This document shows, in pieces, positions 45,511-59,148 of a stretch of 64,000 nt of DNA. Source of the stretch: Felis catus. Taxonomy: Eukaryota. Each line of letters begins with the position of its first letter. Position 1 is the stretch's first letter. The translations under genes and the position numbers were made by a program. Location: the NCBI RefSeq assembly GCF_018350175.1, contig NC_058369.1, forward strand, positions 22,880,001 through 22,944,000, written 5' to 3'. The notes beneath the pieces were generated by a model. The model was not told the DNA's origin. It did not search any database and saw nothing but the letters and a program-made list of their open reading frames with translations.

Positions 45511-47086
45511 AGAAGTAGAGGGTGCATTGATTTAATTACAGTAGAACACTCTTGAGTAACCTCCAGTTAAGCAATGTAGTGGGTTAATGAATGTTCTTCA
45601 GCTCTTCTGCCATCAGTTAAACAGTTTGGCTGTGTCTAAAGCATGCTGAATGCCCACCGCTAGCAAACTGCCTCAGTGCTCAAAAGGCCATGATCCTACA
45701 TGCAATGATTGGCCAAGTATTAAAAGTAAGCGTTTGATGTATTATTTCAGGAATGATTTCTTGCTTCTATCCCTTTTTGCTTAAGCAATCATGATCACAT
45801 CAGAGATCAAAGTGCACGCACGCACGCACACACACACACACACACAGTCACTCAGTTCCATTCTCTGTGGAATGGGGTGAGTTCTCAATGGGGTGCTTGT
45901 CTGTTTTGGCTTGCCAAGGATAGACCTACTTGATGCTGCTTATCTCTCTATATTAATAAAAAGGGGCCCCCTTATCAAAAGGGATTTGGTTTGGATGATA
46001 AACAGTATGGTTGTTCTAGTGATAAATCACGTAACAGAATTAAACCTATTCCCTGCGATGTTTCATGACAAGAGGAGGGGCCACTTGGGAGTCAGTGAGC
46101 ACTGCTACTAAGGTCCATAAAGTCAATCATTTGGTCTCAATTAATTGAGCCCAAATGCTATTGTTCAGCAAGACAAGAAATAACCAATGAAAGTGTTCGC
46201 AGGACGACCGGGTGGAAAGACAGCTGGAACCTTATTGTTAATAGTACTTGGTCAACATTATTGGCAGCTGGCATTTTTCTCAGTGTGTATCATGCTCTTG
46301 GGGAGTAGTCTGAACTTCCAGTGGTAGAGTCCAGGGGAGTTTACGACCTGCGATCTTCACATGAAATTGGGCATCAAAAGCAAACTCCTATAATGTTCTA
46401 GCCATGTGAACCCAGCCCCCTGGTGCCATATCCATCAAAACCACCTTGGCATGAAATTGGCTTCCTCCCAGGAGCTCGGGGGGTGGGGTGTGGGGGGGCG
46501 GGGGGCGGATCTTCCCTGCAGTTTACGAGCAGAGAACACGATCTGCTTCTTGGGGCTTCTTTCTGCACTTTCTCAGATGATTTCTGACTTCTGCTTACAC
46601 GCTCTCAGGGTGTAGAACTTGGAATGCCCTTCATGATGCGACCACATCTACATTTTTATATTCTTGGGTCTGAATGCCTTCAGGAGTTTGTCAGGTTGAG
46701 AGAAGGGATACATAAAGAATGTATTTATATTTTATTGAAGAAAAAAACACAACTTTTTAAAATGAGGAATGGGGGCCTATGTCCCCTGTCATCCCACACA
46801 CTGTTAAGGCTTTGAGGTGAGTTTCCTACATGGGGAGATGTGGGAGGAGATGGTGGGCATTGCTCTTCGGAGCCACTGGAGCTGCATTTTCCCAGCCCCG
46901 GTCATTCCCAGGCCACGCTCATGATTTCACCTGTTTCTACCCAGCACCTGTATGATTCCTTAATGCTTTCCTTTAAATCAACTCTTTGTTTCTAACTAAG
47001 TAAAAATAACCCCATTCTGAGTAATGATCTGAGTATCTGTGGTTCCATGTGTTGGTTAAAACTTCTCTAACATTGTGAAATATGTT

Positions 47087-47305
47087 TTTTTTTCATTTCT
47101 AATGTTTATTTATTTTTGAGAGAGAGAGAGAGACAGAGCACAAGTGGGAGAGGGGTAGAAAGAGAGGGAGACACAGAATCTGATGCAGGCTCCAGACTCT
47201 GAGCTGTCAGCACAGAGCCCGATGCAGGGCTCAAACTCACAAACTGCAAGACCATGACTTGAGCCGAAGTCAGGTGTTTAACTGGCTGAGCCACTCAGGC
47301 ACCCC
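47087..47305 (-). mobile_element. Can-SINE
   Basis: Antisense body; flanked by gaaatatgtt on both sides. Confidence 0.93.
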
Positions 47306-50300
47306 AAGAAATATGTTAACTACTAAAGTCTTTACAAGTTCCTTAGTGTTCGACTCAAAAGCGCTTGTCTAGGGCGGGTTGTAGGGTGTGTGTGTGCGTG
47401 CACGTGTTGCTCATATGTGTGCGTGTATGTTGGGAAGGGGTAAGGGCAGGGCATAAACCCCTCTCCATCCATGGTTAAAGAAGGAGGAGATTAAGATTCC
47501 TTTATTCTACTACCCCATTGGCTATTTGCAGCCCAGATCTCTGGCAGCAGCATTCCATTTGAAAAGGTGCTCCTCTCCTAGGAATTCAAGAGCAAATTAT
47601 GACAAATGGTTCTGTTACTAAACCTGGTTCTTCTGATCCCCGAACCCAAGCCATTCATTAAGTACCACTCCCTTTCTCACCCCATGTTTTTCAGTCACGA
47701 AAGCCAAAGCTCCAGGGCCCCTCAAAGGATGACTAGAGATCCTGGCACGGGGTGGAGATCGTGTCTGCACCTCCATCCCCGTGACCGTCCCCATCCCCAT
47801 CCCCACCACCGCTGGGTTCCCTGTGAAGTCAGTACTAGCCACAGGTGTGGGCAGGGCTTTTGCAACCAGAACTGGCAAAAAGCACTCCTTGGTCCTCCTC
47901 AAGGCTGTGCTCAGATTCCTCTTCTGTTAGCCCTGGCCCTCCAACTGGCCTGTCTTTCCTTCTTCCTCACTCAGAACTCCCCTTTCATCTCCATGCACCC
48001 CATCTTTCTTAGCCACAGCCAGTTTTTCAGCCTTCTGCCACTATGACAACTCTTAAAAGCCGTGCAGAAAACAAATTCCTTCCTATGCCCTGTCCTGGGA
48101 TCCCCCACCCAAGCCAGACTCAAGACTGGCTGCATGTTGTCTCTGCAGTATAAAACTCAGAGCAGAGGCAGGAGAGCTGGCTCTTGGTCTTTGTGTGTTG
48201 AAAACAAACACCAAGTGAAACCCAGCTTCATTTCCCTTTTTGAATGTCCATAATCCCCTTATCTCCCTGTGTGGGATTTCTGGGCCTGCTGCAGGACAGA
48301 TGTGCGAGTCTCCCACCCATTTCCTTCCCACAGCCCTCTGCTCTGTCTGCCTCCCTGCTTGCATACATCCCTCCTTCATCCAGCCCGCAGCTCTGTGTCC
48401 ACACCAGCAATATCCCTGACAGTTCTTTAATTGCTACACGCATTTGTATGGTTCCTTGGCAATTATATTTCAGACCCTGTCAGGGTACCTGCTAGCCTCG
48501 GGGTTCTGTTTATATTAAATATCAATAAAAAGCTGATAGCATCAGTACAGATGGCAGGCTCCACAAAATCATATTTTACTGGGAGCCAGGCCTGTCCAGA
48601 AGATGGAAAGAAGGAACGTTTAAATTTCTTTCTCTCTTCCCAAAGGTTGAAATTAGAGGAGACTTTCTGTGTGAATATCAGGAATGGGTTCTTACTAAAG
48701 GATGACAGCTATATATTCTCCCACTGGGGTTGTCTTTTATTGCGTGTGACTTGTCATAACATCAGTTTTCTCCAGAATTGTTTCTTTATGTCCCCCTACC
48801 CAGCCCCAGAACATAGGACAAGGTTTCAAATACCCTAGATTTTTTTAAGTGTTTATTGACTGATGGGTAAGATTTTATTTGGCTTTACTTTGAAGGGGAG
48901 TGATTTTGGGGCAGAGGCCCAGGGCTGAGCGTCATAAATCCCACTGCCAAGGAACACTTTAGGGGAAGGGACAGCCTAGTTCCTCCCTGGCTGCGTGGCC
49001 TCCCCTCACCGGACTCAGTTGCCTCATCTTTCAGAAACAGTACGGGCCTTCCCAGGAGCCATGAGCATGATGGAGAAAGAGGGTGAGGGCAGCTGGGGCT
49101 GTGTGGATGCATAGCTGCACCCAGAAGGAGAGCCTCACTGAAGGTTTGCAATACCCGGATGTGGGTGGTCGAGGATTTCCCACTCTTATTGGTTCCCATT
49201 CTTTCATGCTGCTTATGAATAACGTCTGTCAGTGAGAGGCGTGCTGCAAGAATGGCAGGCAGGGACGTACATTCCGAGGACTGTGACAACAGAGCAGTCG
49301 GTGGTAGCAAATCTGGGACAGTCTAGCTGTCTGGGGACATAGTTTTCCCGGTTGCCGTCAATAGATTTTCCCATTTGTGTGCGATGTGAGGAGCATGCCA
49401 GCTCCCCTTGGGCTAACTCCCCCTCGGTGCGGTGCTCAGGAGGGTGTTGTCCAGGCTCCCTGCTGCTGGGGACTCCCCGTTTAGATACTGGGACTGTGAT
49501 GAAGAGGGCTTCTACCTTGGCTTTCAGAGTGCAAAACCTGGACCCTCACATGTTTGCTGAGCTCCTTCTTTCTACATACCACTGACTTTCTCACACTCTG
49601 TCATTCTAGTGCAGGCACCGTTATGTCCCCCTTGAACGACAGCAGGAGCCTCTATACACACTCCCTCCACCCTCGACCACCTGCCTCTCCAAATGGCAGG
49701 GGTGTTACTGCCCTGTCTTTGGGCCCTCCAGGGCCTCCATGGCTCTTGAGATGGACAGCAGACTGCAGACCAGGGTCTTCAAGGCCCTGCCTGGTCCCCT
49801 GGCCCTGACTCCTCCCACCTACCCCAGCCTCCTTTCTGTCCTCTGCACTGTGGGTATTTAAACTTAGAGTTGGCAACGCCAGCAGTGCCTTGCCCCTCCC
49901 CTCTGAATGACTATTCATTCTGAAGATTCCAGCTCCATCAAATCTGGGCTAGCAGGACCTCCCCTAAGAGCATGTTTCCTAACATTGTGTTTTGCCCTTC
50001 TTATACTAATCATGACTGTAAATTTATACACAATTAGGTAATTACTGGGTTGTCTGCCTCCCCTACTGGTCTGTACGCTTCGTTGGGTTAAAGGCCATGT
50101 CTGGTTTTGCCCACTATTTTATCCCCAAATCCTAGCATGGTTCCTGGCATTCAGCAAATGTTTTCTGAATGAATGAATAAACAATCCATACTATAATAAG
50201 TACATGATGTACACCTTTTAACCAGGTTGTCCAGTGGTAGTAGAACTAGTTGCTGTAAATGGAATAATTAAACTACAAGAACGGAGAAGCCTTAGTGAGC

Positions 50301-52789
50301 TTGGCCAGGGGCAGATGTGGGTGGATGCTGGAAGCTGGAAGGGAAGTGGATTTGAAAAGCGATCCTGGGCCAGACCAGAGCATCTTGGGGCACCACCCAG
50401 TGGGGTACAATCTCCGTGTGATGGGTTAGCAGGAACGACTGATGCTTCTGGAGCAAGCTGAGTGGTCTAGCTGTGTTACGTAGCACAGATTTTCAAGCAG
50501 GATGCTGAGCTCCAGGGAACCGCTAGGAGGGATTTGCAAGGCTGTTGTTCTGGTACTGTGGTAGGAAAATGGTGCCTCCGTGCTCACCCCATCTCCGAAC
50601 CTGTGCAAGATGAGGTTTGTTCCCTTTCCAACCAGAGTAAATCCCCGAGAAGGAATGAGGCTCTGGTTCTTCAGCTTTTCATTACAGACCTGAAGGGAGA
50701 CTTGGTTAGTAAGAAAATGATCTCTGAAGACAGAGGTGTTTTAAATTAGCTAGTGAATACTGGCTTAATTACAATTTATCATAAATGCCATTTTAGAATC
50801 AGAAGCCTCTTGAGATGTGCTTATCTTCACTCTAGAGTGTGTTATTCAAGATTTTATGCCTTGTAAATGTCCCCTCTGTAAGCAGACCCCAAATCCAAAT
50901 GCAGGTGGTGACAGAAGACCTTCCCTGGTGGCTCTGGCTCGGCAGCAGAGAACCCAAGGTGGATGCATAAGGGGACTCTCGCAGAGAGCTCTGAATTGGT
51001 TCCCAGCACTACCCTCTCTTCGTTCACCGTGCCCTCCTGAGCTCATGCACACATCCTGAGCATTATTAGGTACAAAGATGCCGTGTCCAGCCCTGCCCGA
51101 AGACATCCTGATCCCAGCCCCTTTCTCCAGGGACCACCCACTCCATTCATTTGCTGACAGCTGGGGACAGGCAGCCTGCTGTGAGCCACCTGTTACCTGG
51201 TGTCTAGACTACACGTCCTGTGCCTTCCCTTTTTCCCTCCCTCTACTTACTGTCTTGTAGGCAGTAAATAGAGTTCAAGGCCTCCACGCAAGTCATCTTT
51301 CATCTAATAGTTTAGATGAGGAACGTATCTAATCTCTCCCGTGGGTAAGGTGATGATGTCCTGGGGAAATGAACTTCAGTGCTCCAAGGGTCAATTTCCT
51401 CATGTGGAAAATGGGGTAGGAAGAGGAGTTGGTAGCCATCTTGCATAGGACGTGGCCCGTTGGCAAGTGTTCCAGAAATGGCAGCCTCTGCTGCTGTCAT
51501 CATCATCGTTATACTTTGATTTCTGTCATATCATTCTCTTCTTCTTAATATCTCCAACAAAGACTTGAAAATGATTTATTCCAGGGTAATAAGAATGATG
51601 AGGAGGGAGAAATGGGAATTTCTCCACAAAATTTAAAATATGTTAAGGGAGGAGGGCCATTTAAAGTTGATATATTTAAGGCAAAACAAACAAACAAAAA
51701 ATCACACAAACAAGTGGAGTCATTGATGTGAAATCTCACTGGGCAATTAATCCTGACATCTATCGTGCTGAGGCAGTAGTCTGAGACGGTGTCCAGCACC
51801 TTCTGGGATTTGCCAAACTGGTAAGTGTGTTTCCCGTTCATTTTGCGTTCCAGATCCATGCAGAGTGGTTCAGCATTGGACCATGAATCCTCCTCATCCC
51901 TTTGGTTTCAGGACTGCCAGAAATTGACTCCAGCTTTGTGGAAAGCAACCTGCATTTAATATGTAGCGCGTCACTAAGTTTAGAGGAAGGGGAAATGTTT
52001 GGCAAATAAGTCTATTTTATAATTCAACACACATTAGTGGCTATTTTCCAATATATATAAGTGCTTGATAATTAGCATCAACACTACTCATTATTTAATC
52101 TATGACCTATTTAGAATGAATTAGAGATAGCGTTTACTTGCTGAAATGGGAGACACAAAGACTCTCCAGCCATTCTCCCTCTGCGTGTGGTTCAATGTGC
52201 GACACTGTAGAAGAGCTCTTGTGTGGACTCAGTCCCCTGTGCCTGCTGTGATTTCACATCCAGGAGTCACACCTCTTCAAAGACCTTTAGGCAAACCTAA
52301 GACCCTTCCTCTAGCTTGTTCAGGCAGGAAATAACCTTCTTTACAAGGGCCACGCTTCAGAAACCCAGTTGAACGTGAATTCAGACCGTTCCCTTCAATG
52401 GTTTTTGGGTTAACAGTGGTTTGTAATTCTAGATTAGCCTGTAATTCTTCATGGACACTCAGATTCGCTAGAAATGGACCCATATTTTGTGGTAGAAAAT
52501 GTCAAGTTTAAATTAACACAGTGATGCTGCTAATTCACTGGAGAATAAATGATATTGAGAAAAAAGATGGTGAGCGTATCAGGTGACTTTGAGGTCTGGA
52601 GAGGAAACCCAAGTGCTAAGGCATCCGTAAAGATCCTGATTGCTTGAAGGAAGTAGGCTATGCCGGCTATAGATTTCATAAGACAAGAAATTTGATTTTG
52701 GAACCATGAATAAAAGCGTAGTGAGCCTTGGCACTGGTGGAGCACAGATTATGTCTGTGAGAAAATGTATGCTTGGCAGGAAACTTTGT

Positions 52790-53270
52790 CCATCTGCTAA
52801 GACCTTCACCGTGGCCTGCCCATCTTGCCAGCCCAATTTCAAACCTCTTCCCCTTTGCTTACGGGGCCTCAACGACACTCGTTGTTTTGCTGTTTCCCAG
52901 GACACAGGTTTCTTCCTGGCTCAGGGCCTTTGCCCTTGCTACTCGCTCTGCCTCAAAGCTTTTGCTGGCCAAGGTGTTTTTAAACTGACACCTTCTCAGC
53001 ATTCAGCTCTCTCCTCAAAGAGGTCATCTTGGACCACCCAGCTAGAGTAACTCCCCTTTCCCCTTTCCACACCTGGTAACTCTCAAGCCTACCATCCCTT
53101 TTTATTTTCTTTGTCACACCCACTTCTGTTTGAAACCTTCTTTTATGTGCCCATTGTCACCCCTCCTCAGACCGAAATGTCCACTTCATGGTCTGCCTGG
53201 GTCACTGCTGAATGCCCAATGTAGTTGGTACTCAGTGAATATTCATTGGATGAACAAATGAATGTAAGAG
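52790..53270 (+). mobile_element. L2 LINE relic
   Basis: 'ctcagggcctttgcccttgct', 'ctcctcaaagaggtc' and a terminal 'gtactcagtgaatattcattggatgaacaaatgaatg'. Confidence 0.65.
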
Positions 53271-54628
53271 TTGTCAAGAGTACCTTGCCCTGATAATTGG
53301 AGGAAGGGAGGAAGAGACTTAGGTGAAGTTTCATTTGGATAGCTATGGGAGAGCGGAACTGCCCGGGATGGGGAGCAGGGGACCCACCCCAGAGCTGTGA
53401 CTAGTGATGTACCCCCTGATGGTAACAGAGCCCTCCCTCTGCTGAGCACCCTACGTGCCTTTTCTCAGAAACCTTTGAGTGAAAACCACTCTGGTCAAAG
53501 AAGACAATGGGGCTCAGGGAAGCTAAGTCACAAGCCCAAGGCCACTAACTGACAAGGGCCAAGTGAGGTCTCATATCGAAGACTCCCAACTCCAAAGCCT
53601 ACATTTCACACTGACATGCTGTAGTATTAAGATGCTGTGCAGGGACTCTTGCTGCAGAGAACAGGGATAGAAGAAGTGGGGTGATCTTCTTGGGACCTTA
53701 TTTATTTCCTCACACCTGGCATAAATAATGGCCAATGTGTATGGACCATTTTGTGTGTGCCAGTTGCTGTGCTGAGTGCTTTATGTGCATTAATTTGCTT
53801 GAACCCAAAGGGCTGATTGACTGAGGATGACAAGAGGGGCTACCCACTCAAAGATACAGAACAGAAATGGAAAAGTGTGTGAGTGTGTAGGGGAGCATGC
53901 AGAGAGAACATTGGCCATCCGTAACATCAGAAAACCCCCATGTAGCGAAGTGCAAACTTGTTGAGGGATAGGGAAGCACAGGTGAGAGCAGTTATTTGGG
54001 TGGAAATAAAAGAAGGAAACTACAAATTCTTTATGGGTTATATGGTACATTATAAAGACAGAGCAGGGACGTGTGAGCTGCTTTTCAGGTACAAATTACA
54101 AATAGATCACAAAGGTGGTGTGGGACTCTTACTCTCCAAACATCTGCTTGTAGTCTGTTCTACTAAAAAGCTGAACATCTGATAAATTTCTGACTGGCAT
54201 TGGAGGTGATTTAATCTCTCAGAAGGTAGAGGAAGCAGGAAGCAGAACTGCTATTGCTGGACTTCACGTTGACCACTGTGAATAATAAGTTGACACTGAA
54301 TGGACAGGGACATTGGAGAAAATGACCATGTGACATGGAGCTCACTGTATTGAGCAGAAAACTGGGCATTGACACATACATGAGGCATTAAGGGAAATGA
54401 GTTTAGTCCGAGTGAGAGCCTCGTAGGTAGGACCTATCAACAGAGATTGAGAAGAATGGTAAGCTCGTAAAATTATAATGCAGACGTGAAAATCTGAACT
54501 GTTTCCATTAAAAGGATCCTTCACTAGGAAAAAGGCCTACCCATATGAAACTCAGATTTTAAAAAGAACATATACAAACCATGAAATATGGGTATATTGT
54601 GTAGCATAATTAAGGGAGTCTGAATACA

Positions 54629-55085
54629 TGCAGGGGGTTGAGTGGTGGCCTCCGGAAGATATGCCCCAGTCCTGACCTCTAGTACATCCTGCAAATGTGA
54701 CTTTATATGAAAACAGGGTCTTTGCAAATGTAACTAAGTGAAAGATTTGAGATGAGCTCATCTGGAGTTTAGGGTGGACCCTAAATCCAGTGACTGGTTT
54801 CCTTAAAGAAAGAGATGACACAGAGGTACACAAAGGGAAGGCCGCGGGTAGATGGAGGAAGACATTGGAGCGATTGTGTCTATAAAGCAGGAAGCACTAA
54901 GGGTTGCTGGTGACCACCAGAGGCCAGGAGAGCAGTGTGGAACAGAGTCTCCCTGAGAGCCCCTGGTAGGAACCCAATCTGCCAATTCTTTGATTTTGGA
55001 CTTCTGGCCTCCTGAATACTTTTCTTCTGTTTTAAGTCACTCGGTTTGTGGTAATTTGTTATAGCAGCCACAGGAAACTAATACA
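54629..55085 (+). mobile_element. Complete MaLR (MLT1-like) solo LTR
   Basis: TG...CA ends ('..tatagcagccacaggaaactaataca'); perfect 5-bp TSD ataca at 54624-54628 and 55086-55090. Confidence 0.9.
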
Positions 55086-57520
55086 ATACATTAACCTCCT
55101 AAGAAGACTAGGGGTGGAAGTGAAACCCACGCTCAGATTAGTCTGAGACTCCTGAAGAATGCTAAATGAGGCAGAGGGGGAGGGCTTTTCAACAAAGTTA
55201 GAAACAAAGCACACACAAGTAGAAGGGAAACCTACTGCTTAGGAAAATGCTGTTATTTTTGCAAGTGACCTTAAAAAAGCACACCTGCTCAGCACCCATA
55301 GAGGGAACATCTGGCTGGGATGTGGCCCACAGTGTCATGTTCACCTCCTCCTCAGTAGACAGTGGAAGGATCTGAGGACCTGGGTAAGCAGGATGTGATG
55401 GGTGGCACTGACCCTTTGGGCTCTTTCATTTCTGCTCTCTGCCAGTGATGTTGGGAAAACCATTTTTAACTTAAGTTTTAGTGTCTGTTTTAACCCAGAT
55501 ATTTAGATGCAGGCCCCATTTTATAACGTTAGCATTTTCCTGTTTCTTTTCATCTCTTAGATGATGAATAATGGACAGCAGTTCGAGATTTTCCCTTCTA
55601 TTAAAATTGCTTGCTAAGCAAGATTGTGAAATCAATATACTGTGATTGTTTTACAAGCCAGAGGACATGTTATCTCAAATATTTGATCAAATAGGTGTGT
55701 GTAACACAGCCCTCATTTTAACTAGACCATATTCTTTAGTGATTCTCCTGCCCTTGTTCACCGTGCCCTGGGAAAATCAAAGCCCCCTTTTCTTAAAGAG
55801 GCATAATTTCAGAGCGACATTTAGTGTCAAAATGATTGTTGAAATAACCTCTGACCATCACAATTCTTTTTGCATTTCTGAAGGTGCTCACAGGTCCCCA
55901 AGGGGCAACCCTAAGTTTCTAGGACCACCTTGGGGTATGAGTGGCCTTTTACTACCCCCAAAGAAACCACAGTCAAGAAAAAAGAATCTCTAACTGGAAA
56001 CTGTTTGACTGCTTAACATGTTGAGACAGTGAGTGAGGGAAATGGAATTTTTGCTTCTAATTGTGGAAAGTTTTTATATGATGGCAACATAATTGAGGCC
56101 ATTGATGGGGGAGGCAAGAACCATGGAGTTTTCAGTGTCATTATTGTATTTACATCTTTGTGGATTAATTTCAGTGGCTTTTGTAACAAGGAGTGAGTCA
56201 CAGTAATTATTGTCAAGCTTGTACAGGAGCAAAAAAGGGTTCCATTTTCCAGGATTGTGAGGATAAAGTCTTTCTCAAAATTACTTTGTGGTAAAAGGTT
56301 GAATTGGTCATTTTCACTCTCCGAGCCTATGATGTGGTTTACTATAGTTTATAAGAGTTTGAGCACTTACGTTGAGGTGAGATTCAGAATCCCACTTGTC
56401 TATGGAATCTGGGTAAGCAATCTCAAAGAATAAGACAGGCTGGAGGTAAGACAATACAAGACACCATGTCTGCCTGCTGGGTTAGGCGCCATTTTGTGGG
56501 CTCTTTCTCAGACCTCTTCAGATGGGCATCTTGGGGGCAGCAGTCTGGCAATGGGCAGGCCACTGTGGAGGAGGGATGGGGTGCACTGTGCCAACAGTGA
56601 GTTTCCTTGTCACTGTACCTAATTCACATGACCATTTCTAGCATTATTTTGCTAATTGGCTTACTACGCAACTTGAGGACTAGAGTGACCAAATCTGTCT
56701 TTATCCCCCTGGTGTAGAATGCAGGAATCTTTGGAATAAAGATGCCATGGTGGGATTTCTGTGACTTGGGGTCCCACAGGAAGTTCTGTTGAGGGTGTTG
56801 GAATCCAGGTGAATGGAATTGCTCCATTGATGACTTTCTGAAGGCCTTTTGCTGTTTGTTGTCTTCTGTAGATTTGTTTAGCCTTTCAAATAGCCCTTTA
56901 AGATGTGTATTATTATCCCATTTATAAATCACAGATCAGAAGCTTTGTCACTGATGAGTTGGATGCTTTTAGGAAAGAACCTAACTTCTTGGTACTCTGT
57001 TTCTACTTGTGGAGCATGGAGGTTACTAATGGCGCCTGTCTTGGAGGGCTGTGGTAGAGGCAATGGGAGATGAGCTAAGTACGTGCTTGCACCACGGGAG
57101 AGACTCAGTAAAGATTTCTGCTCCTTCCCCTCCTCTTCCTCATCATTAACATGCTCACCCTGTTGTCATTCTTACGCTCATCATGCTGGGACTGGATGGT
57201 GATCTCCCCTCTTAACGGAATTATGCTTTATGTGGCATCATTTTGAAACAGGATCTTAAGAAGTTTAAGAAAAAGTGGATGGTCACCAAGCATCCTTAGT
57301 GATCCATCTTTCTTCAACCACTATGCCAAAAAAAAAAAATACTTATTGTCCTTCTTTGCCTTTGCCCTTAATTTTTATCTGTGGACAGAAGGCAAAGAGT
57401 TAGCTTTGGGCTGCCAAGGGTGAAGAAAAGAGATTTATTCATGGGATCACAAGGGAAGAAGAGTAGACGGTTGTGATGAGCAACCTTTGTTTTATTCATC
57501 TATCCATCCATTCATCTCTT

Positions 57521-57741
57521 TAAAGAATTTTTTTTAATGTTTATTTATTTTGGAGAGAGAGAACAGGACAGAGCACAAGCAGGGGAGGGGCAGAAAGAGA
57601 AGGAGACACAGAATCTGAAGCAGGCTTCAGGCCCTGAGCTGTCAGCACAGAGCCTGACGCGGGGTTCGAACTCACGAACCGTTGAGATCATGACCTGAGC
57701 CGAAGTCCAATGCTTAACCAACTGAGCCATCCAGACACCCC
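57521..57741 (-). mobile_element. Can-SINE upstream of the 132-nt exon
   Basis: 16-bp TSD catccattcatctctt at 57505-57520 and 57742-57757. Confidence 0.95.
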
Positions 57742-58374
57742 CATCCATTCATCTCTTCATGTGTCCATAAATGTCTGGAATTTCTGCCATGTGCTGGTCA
57801 AAGGGGCACAGCAGAAGACCACATGAAATGGTTCCTGCCCTCCTGGAGTTCACCATTTGCTGAACAAAAGAGGTAGAGAGATGTAGTTATGTAATTGCAA
57901 TTTATTTATTTATTTTTTAAAAAAGCAAACTTCTAAGTCAGAGGTGAAGAGAATTGGAACAGGACCGTGTTGGCTGAGGTCATTTCAGTGAGAGAAAACA
58001 CATTTTTCCTGTTTTTATTGCTGGGTTCTGACCCAGGAGAGGCAAAAGGTGGAAAATAATGCTGAGAAGGTCTCTCTCTGCTTTCTCAAGAACTCTGTGC
58101 TGTACAAGGTTGAAAGTTACAAATAAAGGGATATATTTTTCAAGTAAGGAGTCATCAATAAAGGCTCCTGGGTGGCTCTGGGGGCTTGGGCAGGATGAGG
58201 AATCCCTGATGTATGGAGTTCCCAGGAGCTAAATGTTTGGGAAGCTATAACTTTCTTCACAGCTTCCTGTAAGATGAGTCTCATGCTGCTGCTATCTACC
58301 GGCTCCAAGGGACGCCAGCCGGGGTTCTCTCTCACTTTGGTTTGTAACTTTCTCTTCTCTCTGTTTCTTTTCAG

Positions 58375-58506
58375 ACCCAGCAATCGTCAATGGGGTTTAT
58401 TGGTCCGAATCCCTAAACAAAGTTTTCGTAGATAACTTTGATCGTGACCCGTCTCTCATATGGCAGTACTTTGGAAGTGCAAAGGGCTTTTTTAGGCAGT
58501 ATCCAG
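58375..58506 (+). CDS. CACNA2D3: CACNA2D3 internal coding exon (probably exon 6); missed by the ORF track
   Basis: Acceptor tttctcttctctctgtttcttttcag|AC and donor CCAG|gtgagt; 132 nt encoding (D)PAIVNGVYWSESLNKVFVDNFDRDPSLIWQYFGSAKGFFRQYP(G), including the alpha2delta WQYFGS..FFRxYP motif. Confidence 0.97.
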
Positions 58507-58932
58507 GTGAGTATCCCTGCCTTGAGAATTATGATTGAGATTAATGACCCTGTGATATTTTTCTTTCATGTTCAGGGTTAAATTTTTCCCCCTCCCATTA
58601 GGAGAAAATGAAAGATTAAATTCAAATCTGTTATATCTATTGTCATGGTCCAGATAGGCGTGGTAGCATGGCGTCCGTACACACACACAGGCATTTAGAT
58701 CTGCACGTGGTTTCCATGTCTTTCTCAATAGAGCAGTTCATCGAGCTGCACCAAAAGTGACGAGTTGGGGTGTGAGACACAGCATATTTGATCTTTCTGG
58801 ACAAGAGTTTGCTTTATTACTATTACTACTACTATAGTTACTATCATCATTGTTATTACCGTGGAAAGGAACAAGTCATAATTGGGCTGAATTTTAAATT
58901 CTGACCAAAGGGGTAAGAAATGGAACATGTGA

Positions 58933-59148
58933 GGGGTGCCTGGGTGGCTCAGTCGGTTCAGCGTCCGACTTCGGCTTAGGTCATGATCTCGCGGTTTGCG
59001 GGTTTGAGCCCCGCTTCGGGCTCTGTGTGGACAGCTCAGAGCCTGGAGCCTGCTTCGGATTCTGTGTCTCCCTCTCTCTCCACCCCTCCCCTGCTTGCAC
59101 CCTGTCTCTCAAAAATGAATAAATGCTAAAAAAAAGTTAGAAAAAAAG
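58933..59148 (+). mobile_element. Can-SINE downstream of the 132-nt exon
   Basis: Head ggggtgcctgggtggctcagtcgg, CT tract and A tail; diverged TSD agaaatggaa.. Confidence 0.94.

Larger units (their letters stand above)
1465..58374 (+). other. CACNA2D3: 56,910-nt phase-1 GT-AG intron of CACNA2D3
   Basis: Joining 1464 to 58375 gives AAA G|AC CCA = K-D-P and the continuous peptide ...NMYNKDPAIVNGVYW..., so no intervening constitutive coding exon is needed. Confidence 0.92.
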
